DNA of 64,000 nt from Nemertoderma westbladi. Taxonomy: Eukaryota > Animalia > Xenacoelomorpha. Below are positions 11,923-23,100 of this stretch, in pieces. Numbering within the stretch: position 1 is the first letter of the stretch; each line of letters opens with the position of its first letter. A program made the translations under genes and the position numbers. The notes under the pieces are model-generated. The model did no database searches, was not told the origin of the DNA, and was given only the letters and a program-made list of their open reading frames with translations. Location: the NCBI GenBank assembly GCA_032718475.1, contig JAUCBJ010001883.1, positions 1 to 64,000 on the forward strand. The letters run 5' to 3'.

Positions 11923-12769
11923 CCGCTCCATGAAAACAGGATATTATCGTGCATAAAATATACGGTTTTCACCAATACTAAATCAAATTATAGAATACTT
12001 AGGACGTACTTACATATTTACAAATTAAATCTCAACAATAATACCTTTACATAATAATTCGATACAAAATAATTACAAATTCAAACTTTACGTATTTAAG
12101 GCTTTATTAAGTAAGTACAATATAAATCTAAATTAAATTCACCAAAATAAATCTATTGCATCTCAAATATTGCATAAATTCAAACAATCACAAATACTAA
12201 TACTACTTAAATATAAAACAAATTGCATAAGTTCGGAATAATTTCAAATAATCACAAGAAAGGCTCACAAGTCTTCCGTCTGCTCTTGCCTTCTATTTAC
12301 TGCGAATACAAGTACTGCTTCTTTATAAAATATAAATTGCATAATATTCGAAACAATAAATTGCGTAAGTTTGGAATGACTACAAATATAGCACTTTTTA
12401 AATATAAATCTTTCTAAATTGCATAAGTTTAGAATAATACTGCATAAATTTAGAACAATATAAACTCCTTTTACATCTCAAATATGAAATATAAATCTTT
12501 CAAATATAAATCTTTCAAATATAAGTTCCTTCTAAATATAAAACTTTCTAAATTTCAAATTGGAACAATACAAATACATAAATTTAGAACAATATAAATT
12601 GCATAAACTTAGAATAATATAAATTGCATAAACTTAGAGCAATACAAATTTTAAACAATACAAATTACCTAAACAATTCAATTTACATAAACAATACATA
12701 AAACAAACATAAAATAAACAATTCACAAGAAAGGCTCACGAGTCTTCCGTCCACTCCTTCCTTCCCGCT

Positions 12770-15700
12770 TTAACGCTTAGCGGATCGAGCCCTGCCGTGT
12801 CCTCGAAAACTGCGTATCGGCGATTTAGCTCGTGATATGGGACTTGTGGGGCGAGCCACTGGTTTACTTTGGACGTTGAGAGACGGTACGACCGTTTCCT
12901 CACATATTCGTCTCTTAGTCATCCCAAATCCTCGTCCAATCCCTCGTGACCGATCTGTTGTATCTACCGCTGGTAAAACGTCTGGGAACGCACGGAAAGC
13001 GGACGACGCAGACCCAATAGAAGCTTGCGCCCCCTTTTGATCAGCTGGTATATGTCCCGATCCTCCTTGCAGTTCTCTGGGAAGCGAAACCGTATCCCGA
13101 GTAATTCGAATAGTCGGTTCGTATCCCCTTCGTTCTTCAACGTTGATAGTTTTCTTTAACTGTTGGCCCACTTTCTGGACCCGTATGATCCTACCCTGTC
13201 CGTCCTCCCGAGGGTGACGTGCAGACGGCGCGACCGGTGTAGCTGGTATGTTGGTCGCCTCTAGGACCTCCTCTTCCTCGAATACGCTCGCTCGTATACG
13301 TTTATGGTAGAACGCGGCTCGGTACGCCCATGCGACGGTTAACCAAGCTCCCTTGTTCCGCTTTTCCGTTCGGAACTGATCAAATTCACCATAGGTGATA
13401 CGATTGACTACTTTCTGGAAGTTCCATGTATTCTTATTGTCAGGGTGTATCTGTAACAAATATTCGCGCACAACTCGGAATCCGCTATCGTGAGGCAAAA
13501 TATCAACTACCTCGATGAGTTTGTCATATTGCGGCATAGCAGAGATATATCCTTCCGACATCATAGTTTGAGGATTTACCGCCCAAAATCCAAGATGCGC
13601 TCTCATCGGGAACCGTCGGCTTCTTTGCGCTGCTACATGTTCGTCAGCCAAATCTTCCCACTCATCAAATAGTTTTCGCACGAGTTTTACAGATTCGTGT
13701 TTGTAAGGTATGTCTCTTAGTTGGCATTCAGATGCTCGATGTCCCTTTATATTGCAGTAGGTACATTGAGCCATAAATCTCCAGCAAGTATAAAATGTAT
13801 GGGACCCTTGATCTCCACACCATCCACAGATTAGTTGAGTTGTAGTAATGTGCTTTCCACTGCACTTTGTCGAATGATGTCCAGCGACGCCATATTTACC
13901 ACACATCGTATTAGCAGGGTACCACACTCGCTCATATATAAGATCGCCAATGGGTCGAGCGCTTCCTCCCACACTATAATCATAATCGTCTGGATCGATA
14001 GGTTGGTATGTTTCAGAAGGTTGTATGCAAACTACAGCATCTGTTGCTTCTAATTGTCGAATCTCCGTCTGAGATTTCTTCGGGAGGTTCCTTTCAATCT
14101 CAAGAAGTTCCTCTAAAGGATCATCGATGGCTGTCCTTACTTCGAAATCATCACCTAAGTGACCGATAGGCGCACGCGTCTGCCGTGATTCGTCCGTAAG
14201 CTCCACGATACGTTCTCCTTCATAGGGTAACAATATAAACATAGATGGTCTTTCGATAAGAGATCCCGCACAGCGAAGATACACGTCTCGAAATATACTG
14301 AATCCTGCTCGAGTGAAGGCATTACACTGAGCGTCGGAATTATAGAAGGGTTCGAGAAACCGTCTAAACACATCGGTATGAATTCTCCCTTCCGCGTGGA
14401 ATGTATGATCTTCTCCGAGGCAAAGTGGATATCTTTTAAGAGTCCGAGACACAATGTCGGCGACTAAGCAAACATTCACTGATGACTCTATCGCTAAATA
14501 ATATTGTAGTAACGCTCTTGGAGGTGAAGTAATAGCCCAATATACGCATCCTCTCCATTTGAGCTGTGATTCAAACTCATTTATATCTGGAGTATCACCT
14601 TCTCCATACGTTTCGATATACTTTGTTCTTTTACTTTCCTTATAATCCCAATTAAACATCAAGTAGGAAATATATCCAGTTCCGGTTTTCTGAGTATCAT
14701 ACTCACGGAAGTATCCTTGTTCTATAGACCACAGTATAAGAGGTCGAGTGTCGATGTAAGGTGTCGGTAATCGGTCGTCACTGTCCGACATGCCGGCGAA
14801 GTCACTAATTAAGTCCTCTCTTACTCCTGATCCAATCTTTACAACAGTTTTATCTAAAATCATATTTCTCACCGTCTTTGGTAACATTCTAGCATCGATA
14901 TTGCAAGCCTGGTCCATTTTCTTTACTATATTTGTGATGAACTGGTGCTGCTTTGTAGTTCCTGGAGGTATCGGCATTCGCTTGTCGCTCCTTTGTCTAC
15001 TGAAAACGGGCAAAACTCCGTCTGCCGCTCTAATTTGTATAGTCTTGGAGGTTAGACTCTGCTGATGGCTGCCGCCCTCGTTATCATAAAACATGTAACC
15101 GTTTTCCTGAAACGATCTAAACGTCCTATTCCATTTGTCCAATAATTCTTCCGAAGGTTGCCAAATCTTCTCTATATCTTTCTCGTCCTCGAAACGAATG
15201 ACTTTACCTTGCCAGTCCGCAGCGATATCTGTATCCGACTCAAAGGTTCCTGTTCCAATCCATAAGCGAATTGTTTTGGTTAAATATCCTTTCAGGTTAC
15301 TCGGAGCTATATCAGCGCCAGCTCTATCCAGTTCCCTAAAGTCTTGAATATGAGTCGGAACATTATGCACGACCTTTTGCGTAATATGTCTACGTAAATC
15401 ATATATCTTAACCATATCGCTTAGAACAACTGCAGGAAGAAACTCTAAGTTCGAAATGATTTCCGGATGATCCACAATAGGTATTTCATACGTTGTATCT
15501 TGTCGAACTGGTATACTAATAGGGAAATTGAGTGTCGTACTCAATGGTTTCGTAGTTGAAGTACTATACGGTTGCATTTCTCTTGTCCTTTCCGGGGATG
15601 CAATCTGTAGTCTCTGAATAACGTTTTGAGCAAAGTTTATACTCTCGAAAACTTCCGGTGTCATCTCCTTAGCTGAAGTTTGATCGTGTGACGTCCAATG

Positions 15701-16495
15701 GTAAGGTAGGCTCGCGAGTCTTCCGCCCCATTCTTCCATCTCACCTTTCTCGAAAGCCTTGTAGGCTCTGTATAGGCTAAGAGCTTCTTTCTTTTCGCGG
15801 GTTGACTGAGTCGCCTCGTCCAGCGTAAGTTCGAATACATCGGGTTCAACAACCTTAGGTGGGTAAACGACAATTTCTCCCGCCTTTGGTCCAGTCATGG
15901 CGAATGAATGATATGGATTCGATAAAGGATACCCTCCTTCCTGGTAGCGTAGTTGTTGATGGTTCGAACACCTCGCCAATATCGGTTCGGGATTTTCCTT
16001 ATTCAAACGCATCGGAATCGCATTTCGTTGTTCGCGCATACAAGATCCGCATTGATAATAAAGTTTATAAACTGAAAATGCTTCCTTAGTTTCTCTATCG
16101 TCCCCTCGAGTTCGTCTGTAAAGAAGCATTCCATCAAATTCATCTCGTACCGCAGGCATAGTTTCGTGCGCCTTCAGGTATTGCATGGTATGATACAAAC
16201 GACTAATTTCAGTATCGGGGTCTTCGCTAATGTCTCCCGTATCACACAAAGCGTCGTACGGGTAAAGTTCATTGAAGGTTTTGCGCAAACTTTCGATTCT
16301 TTCATTTAACGCGTTTTGCCTTCTCTTTATTACATTCGAGTCATATTTCGTTCTCACGAGTTTCGCTGTACTTTCTGATAAATCCTTTATTCCAAATATA
16401 GTGTAATCCTTAGCTCCAAATCGTTCGAATGGCGCTGCTTCTTCCTCTTGGATATCATATCCCCATCTCGGCTCTCCTTGTATCCCCTTCGCCAT
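12770..16495 (-). CDS. BEL ORF3: 1241-aa protein with a DEDDy (WRN/EXD/Mut-7-like) 3'-5' exonuclease domain and three CCHC-type zinc knuckles
   Basis: ExoI FYDNEG (about 15074-15091); LPKTVRNMILDKTVVKIGSGVREDL matches the WRN-exo LP..L..lL.d..i.KvG.gi..D segment; ExoIII-like W...P....QYYLAIE (about 14486-14540); knuckles CGWCGDQGSHTFYTC, CTYCNIKGHRASEC and degenerate CGKYGVAGHHSTKC at about 13720-13905. No signal peptide or TM helix seen. Confidence 0.75.
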   Translation of the reverse strand: MAKGIQGEPRWGYDIQEEEAAPFERFGAKDYTIFGIKDLSESTAKLVRTKYDSNVIKRRQNALNERIESLRKTFNELYPYDALCDTGDISEDPDTEISRLYHTMQYLKAHETMPAVRDEFDGMLLYRRTRGDDRETKEAFSVYKLYYQCGSCMREQRNAIPMRLNKENPEPILARCSNHQQLRYQEGGYPLSNPYHSFAMTGPKAGEIVVYPPKVVEPDVFELTLDEATQSTREKKEALSLYRAYKAFEKGEMEEWGGRLASLPYHWTSHDQTSAKEMTPEVFESINFAQNVIQRLQIASPERTREMQPYSTSTTKPLSTTLNFPISIPVRQDTTYEIPIVDHPEIISNLEFLPAVVLSDMVKIYDLRRHITQKVVHNVPTHIQDFRELDRAGADIAPSNLKGYLTKTIRLWIGTGTFESDTDIAADWQGKVIRFEDEKDIEKIWQPSEELLDKWNRTFRSFQENGYMFYDNEGGSHQQSLTSKTIQIRAADGVLPVFSRQRSDKRMPIPPGTTKQHQFITNIVKKMDQACNIDARMLPKTVRNMILDKTVVKIGSGVREDLISDFAGMSDSDDRLPTPYIDTRPLILWSIEQGYFREYDTQKTGTGYISYLMFNWDYKESKRTKYIETYGEGDTPDINEFESQLKWRGCVYWAITSPPRALLQYYLAIESSVNVCLVADIVSRTLKRYPLCLGEDHTFHAEGRIHTDVFRRFLEPFYNSDAQCNAFTRAGFSIFRDVYLRCAGSLIERPSMFILLPYEGERIVELTDESRQTRAPIGHLGDDFEVRTAIDDPLEELLEIERNLPKKSQTEIRQLEATDAVVCIQPSETYQPIDPDDYDYSVGGSARPIGDLIYERVWYPANTMCGKYGVAGHHSTKCSGKHITTTQLICGWCGDQGSHTFYTCWRFMAQCTYCNIKGHRASECQLRDIPYKHESVKLVRKLFDEWEDLADEHVAAQRSRRFPMRAHLGFWAVNPQTMMSEGYISAMPQYDKLIEVVDILPHDSGFRVVREYLLQIHPDNKNTWNFQKVVNRITYGEFDQFRTEKRNKGAWLTVAWAYRAAFYHKRIRASVFEEEEVLEATNIPATPVAPSARHPREDGQGRIIRVQKVGQQLKKTINVEERRGYEPTIRITRDTVSLPRELQGGSGHIPADQKGAQASIGSASSAFRAFPDVLPAVDTTDRSRGIGRGFGMTKRRICEETVVPSLNVQSKPVARPTSPISRAKSPIRSFRGHGRARSAKR

Positions 16496-17153
16496 TATTA
16501 GAGGTATGGTTACATAATCATACTACTAGAGGGAATACAACAGAGTTTATTGTTAGTTGTGAGGAGATGCGAGAGTTTTCGTCTGCCCTTTTGGCTCGAC
16601 AACGCTCTAACCTCCTACCCATAGCCTAAGATCTAAGGTTTCTTTAGTGACACACTGTCTTATCTAAAATTTTTGCCGAAATAAAAACGAATTTGGGCTA
16701 AACTGGCTGTGAGTCTAAAATACTCACTTTTTGATCCCAAACTATTATCAGAAAATAAGCAATCAAGAGTTAGTAATAAATATAGGGAAGTCTATTATTC
16801 GACGTAACTTATTGAAACAAGACCGTGTAAAATTTAATTAAATTTTTAAGAAAGGCTCGCGAGTCTTCCTTTCTTGTTTCTCTAATTTTAAGTTCCACCC
16901 GACTGTACCCTGAAATCTATTCACTGGAGAAAATTTTAAAAATTTTTCAAATCCAAATGGATTGTCTAAAATTTCGAAAATGTCTCAATATTGTGAGTTC
17001 CAAGTAGAATTCCATTTCTTATACCTACAAATCCCGCTCCTATGTGACACATAAGGGTACTACCCTCAATGTTCACATATAAAGACAATGGAATTCTACC
17101 GCTGTCTTTACTACAGTGTACAGGTATGTGGAAATCTATTTGTAAACTCCTTA

Positions 17154-20100
17154 CTATTTACTAATATTAGTTGGAGATTTGTAATCTCCAGACTCGTTTC
17201 GCGTCTCTTCAAGAAGTACGAGACGTTGTGTCGGTCTGTCTACTGTACGACTGTCAATTGTCCGTACAGTCACAGTTCTTGTCACACCATCCATAGATGG
17301 ATGTGTGTCTAAAATTACACCTGTTATCCAGAAGCGTCTTTTTAGATTCACTTCCGCCAACAGCACATGATCTCCCGCTCTTAAAGCGCGAGTTTTGTTG
17401 TACCAGGTTGTTCTGGCAGAAATAGAGGGCAAATAATGGTTTTGCCATATTTCCCAGAATTTGTTAGCTAGTAGTTGCGTGATTTTCCACGCTTTTCTAC
17501 CGTAGCTATCGCCTTCTATTGGAATAGAAATAGGCGTCAAAGTAGTCGGTGCCTGCATAAGCAGGTGTGCCGGTGTCAAAGCAAATTGGGATTGTTTGTC
17601 ATCGGGTACTAATACTATTGGTCTAGTATTTAGTATTGCCTCGATTTCAACAAACAATGTTGTCAGTTGGTCGTCTGTCAATATGTGGTTTACTGGAATT
17701 ACTTTTGCCATGGCTGTTTTTATAGATCTAATCAATCTCTCCCAGACTCCGCCTCTCCATGGACTGTCTGGAGGATTAAACTTCCAAACAATCTTGTAAG
17801 GACGTAGTTCGTTTGAGATTTGATCATGATCTAAATTCTTAAAGGCTCTAGCAATTTCATTTCGAGCACCAACAAAGTTTGTACCTTGGTCTGAGTACGA
17901 GCATTTCACTAGTCCGCGTCTAGCGATAAATCGCCTTAATGCTAGTATAAAGGCATTGGTGGAAAGATCCATCACACGTTCGATATGAACTGCCCTACTG
18001 GACATGCATGTGAAAATCAGTCCCGTTTACTAGTATACGTCCACGTTTCGTATGTATGGGACCAAAGCAGTCAATTCCAGTCTCTGTGAAAGGTGGTCTG
18101 AATGCCTGTAGTCGTGCTTGTGGAAGTTCACTCATTTCTTGGGTACTTATTCTAGAATGTACCTTTTTACAAATAATACACATACGTGTCACTGAACTTA
18201 ACGCTTTACTGGGTCTAATTAATACAAATCTTGTACGTAAATATGAAAGACAGTGGTGTCTTCCAGCGTGTTTCAGATGTAAATGTGCGTCCAGTATCAT
18301 TGCACGTTGTAATTCGTGATGCTGCGGTATTATTATTGGGTACCTAAAGTTTGTGTTAAAGTCAATGTTTTGAAGCCGAGATTTATGACAAATTAAGCCA
18401 TTATGAATAATCGGACTCCAACTCAGTATTGGTGATGACTTGATTGGTTGACCTTGACTTATAGATGTGAATTCGCGCGCGAAATATCGCAATTGATAAT
18501 GCCGAATTAATTTAATTTCACATCTGTCAATCTCAGTCAATGTGAGTCGACGTGTAAAGTCGCGTTTGCCTTTAACGTATTGTACAAAACGTACAATCCA
18601 CGCTAATTTTCGGCACGCGTTGGTCCAAGAATCTGTTAGGTTTACAATACGGTCGACGTAAGTATTTGTGACGTCATCAGGTAAGTCAATGGAGAATTTG
18701 GAAGGTTTTGATTTACTAGATGGGCCCACGAGTCCGCCGGTAGGTATTCCCTTGTTGACTGTTGATCCGTCCGGGTCTACAAGTAATTTGTCCTTCTTTG
18801 TTTTCTTACCTTGATTGTCAGTACTTTGTAAGTCGATCGTTAATGGTGGTTTGAACTCTATGGGATCACTGGGTTTCGGTAAACTTATTTTTCTGCCGAT
18901 ATTAATCCCAGGTCTCACCGTAGGTTGTAAGGTTGGTATGTCTCTTGAGCGTAAAGTAACACCTGTATTTACATTTGCGTAGGTACTACCCACATCTGTA
19001 ATACATGAGGTTTCACTGTGCTTATGGTTACTCAAGAGTGTTAAGTTTGGTAGTTTGTCATTAGAAGGCCGCTCCAATAGAGAAACTGCGGCTTTACTAT
19101 TAGTCAACACATTACTAATGTCTGGTGGAACATTTTGTGACATGTCTGGTAAAATGTTTCGCGGAACATCCGGCGAAATATCTAGTGACATGTTTGGCAA
19201 AACGTCTGGTTGACCGTCTAGTAACGCGTCTGGTTGTTTGTCATTAGAAGGCCGCTCCAATAGAGAAACTGCGGCTTTACTATTTGTCAATATGTTACTA
19301 GTGTCTGGTAGAACATTTTGTGATATGTCTGGCAAAATGTCTGGTTGGCTTGTCTAGTAACGTGTCTGGTTGACCATCTGGCGATACGTCTGGTAACATG
19401 TCTGGTTGACCGTCTGGCGATACGTCTGGTAACATATCTGGTTGACCGTCTGGCGATACGTCTGGTTGAGAAAGGCTCGCAAGTCTTCCTGCCCTAACTT
19501 TGTGAGTTATATTCTTCCATTTCGCCTTTGGTTTCTTCTTAAGTTTCGCCGTTGTCCTTTTCTTTGCTTTACTTTTCTTTGGTTTTTTAATTTCGGCGTC
19601 CTCAGGAATAGTGTTAGACTTGTTATCGTATAGTGGCGGCCAATATTGTGTTGCTCTTTGTAAGAATTGTGGTCCGTGTTGCCAAAATTCTTTGTTCTCC
19701 GGTTTACAGAATTCCTCAGGCATCATTCCTCGTGACGCAATATCAGCTGGATTTTGTGGTCCGGGACAATGTCGCCAATCTTCCTTTATTGAACGGTCTA
19801 GAATTTCTGCACGACGGTTAGCCACGAATGTCTTGAATTCAAGTGTATCGTTGTTTATGTAAAATAAAACCAACGTCGCGTCAGTCCAATAAAATATCTG
19901 TAAACTTGACTGTAGTTCTGTCTGTATAAGGTTCACGATTGTGGTTGACAGGGTTGCGGCTTGTAGCTCAGCGCGTGGTGTCGTCATATACTTAGTAGGC
20001 ATGGTCTTAGCCTTAGAAGTAATGAGCGAAACATCAAACTCGTCTGAGTCTACTTGTCTGCGCAAATACGCTGTCACACCAAAGCCATTGTCACTGGCGT

Positions 20101-23100
20101 CGGAAAAACAATGTAATTCCAAGTTGTCAGGAAATGTCGTCTGTAATGGAAAGTACACCCGGGGTATGGAATAATCCTCTAACGAAGATAATTGCGCCTC
20201 CCAAGTCTTCCATAAGTCCACTTGTTCGGATGAGATCGGTTCGTCCCATGTCAGTCCATCTTTCCAAATACTGCGCATATAAATTCTGGCTTGCAGTATT
20301 ATTGGGCTGATGAAACCTAATGGATCAAACAGTCTACTTAGTTTCGACAAGCAAGACCTCTTTGTCAGAGAATCCCCTTCAGCGTCCAGTTTTACTTTCA
20401 CTCGAAAGTTGTCTGTGTTCGGGTCCCAAAATAGTCCCAACACCTTGGTCGTCGGCAGTGGTTCGAACTCTAAGTCAATATCACCACCCCCACGTTCAGT
20501 CGTTTCGAATGAATTTACCAATTCAGTGCTGTTTGAGGCAAACTTAGTGAGGTTAAAACCTCCGCCTGTTAAACAGTCCCGTAATTGATGTGCTACTGTG
20601 ATAGCACGTTCTACTGTGTCACAACTTTGTAATCCATCGTCCACATAAAAGTCTCGTTCTACGATGTCGATTATCTCTGGGTCATATATATGTTTCTGAT
20701 CCCTAGCGGTCTGTTTTAGGGCGTACATAGTGCAATTTGGGCTGTCCCTGGCACCGAAAACGCGAACTTGCATTTGGTAAGTCGCCGGTGGTAGACTTAA
20801 GTCTCCTTCCGGGTACCAGAGGAACCTCAAACTGTCTCTGTCTCGCTCTAACGCTCGCACTTGGTGAAACATCGCTTCTACGTCACAAGTAAATGCTACT
20901 TGGCGCTGACGGAAGCGCATAATCACCCCCATGAGATAATTATTCATGTTTGGTCCGTCCATCAACTCACTGTTGAGAGACATTCCTTCAAACAGGGCCG
21001 CGCAGTCGTTAACTACGCGTACTTTATCTGGTTTGTCGGGGTGTCTCACGTAGTGATGTGGCAAATAGTATGTCTGGTCTGTCACAATCTCTGGGTTTGT
21101 CATCCTGATAGCGTACCCTTTTGTCAAATACGTCTCCATCTGAGTATTGTACTGCAGATGGGCTTTCTCGTCCTTTAATAAACGTTGTCGTATTGAGTGT
21201 AGACGTCTTAAAGCTAGCGGATAGTTATTTATGAGTTTAGGACTCTGGTTACGCCATAGCATCCCTACCTCATAATGTCCGTCTTTCGTCTGGCGGATAG
21301 TATCTTCCATGATCTTCAAAGATTGTTTCTCTTGTTCCGACATACACGGTTCGTAACTACCGGGTTCTGCTGTATCTTGTTCTAACCACCTGATAGTTTT
21401 CTCTGTTAACTCTTTGTCTAATGCAGCTTGTTCCACTTGATGGTTTCCTAACGCGTCATCATCGACGGGCGTTGTTGAGGTTATTGGTGTAGATAGACTC
21501 ACAAGCCTTCCGGCGTTATCATCTGTCGTCGATGGAACCTCTGCCTGACTCGTCTTCTTCTTATGCTCTATACTAACCTTGTGGATAGGCTTCTTTCTGT
21601 GACTTATCGTATTTGCTACACACGTCGTACTCGTCGCTTTGTCGTGTTTCGTCGAACGTAGTGTAGTGTAGTCTATGTCAGGTGAAAAGGAATGAATCGA
21701 AGTTGTAGTTAGTAAACTACATGTACTTTGTACATCGTCTTCCTCATCACTTATATCCAGTGTGCGCACAGGCGCTCGAGTATACCACCTTATCGGAGTT
21801 CTACAGGCGTAAGCGTTTCCCGCTACGACTACCGATGGTCTGGTTTCCCACACTTGATGTAGGTTGAATTGGTCCGTCCCGATCAGCATTGCTACCGACC
21901 TATAGTTGACAGGACATTCAGGTACACCAAGGTGTCTGAAATACTTACGGTCCTCTAAGGATTGCTCTGGGACTGGACCTAGTAGGTTACTAAAGTCCTT
22001 TATGGCCGCAAAAGTCAAATCCTTAAAAGGTAACAAAGACCTCTCCTTTTCGCTATGTTGCGATTTTGGAAGAAGAGTGTCCAAGTTTAACTTAACTCGT
22101 GTCACTGGTATTGCACGTTGTCCATGCATACTACTTACAGTGTACTTTACGTGTTTACCTTGTCTGAGATCTGTGACGACATCAGCTACCTTCTCATCCA
22201 CGTAGCTGTGAAATGAGGCTGAATCTAGGATAGCGTAGATCCTTTTGCTCCCTTTTGTGCCAGTGATCTTAACGGGAATTACACTAAAACCCTTTAATTG
22301 GTCAGGCGTCAAAAGTGCAATCGATGGTTGTTCGTCTTCATCTGAATATATGTCTTCGTCTTCAGATTCTTCTCCAGAAGAACCGGATTGTTCTGGGAAG
22401 CAATCCCTAATATGTGTCACGAAGGTTGGCGTCGTTCTCGATTCACGTGTTTTGTATGCACTATTGCATTTTGCTGCAGCTTCCGGGTGTTCCCTGGTGA
22501 AGCGTTTGGTCGGCGTATGACTGTCCGTGTGGAGCAGACCGTCATGGTTGCGTCCACAGTAAGGACAGGTGTCCGTATTTGGGCAGTCCTTACGGACATG
22601 TCCATGTAGCGTACACCGCCAACAAGAATCCAATGGCCGTATTTGCAGTCGTCGTTCCTCCGAGTTCAATTCGTGGAATAGTCGACATCCTCTCAGTTTA
22701 TGGCTAGTATGTGGTTTACCTAGCCATTCGCAATATTGGCAACCGCTAAAAGTCTGTGCTCAGTTGCTGTCGGGTCTGTTTGGTTCCAATTGGTGCGGAT
22801 ACCTTATTACTGTCTGAAAATTGTCGGGTTTCGGTCGGTGTAGCATAGGTGACCGTCTTTGTAGATGTCGTTGGTGGTTTCTGTCTGTTTGATGATGGTA
22901 AGGTTATTCCTTCCGCCACGATATGTTGGTCCGTGTAGTTCGAACGCGTCTCGACTACTGCCTCTCTAGATATCAGTAAGTAGACGTCTTCCAACTTCAA
23001 GAATCCACCTCTCTCTTCTCGCTGATATTCTATCTTTCGCCACTCCCGACGAAGTCGATGGTGTAATCTTCCTATTATTTTCAACAGGACTGTCGGAGTG

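Noticed and set aside
12770-16495. ORF3 as an envelope gene, or as a proven domesticated gene
   Set aside because: No signal peptide, TM segment or fusion-protein pattern is visible. With four lesions in 8.8 kb of gag-pol, zero lesions in 3.7 kb is not unlikely by chance, and one knuckle appears mutated (C to Y).
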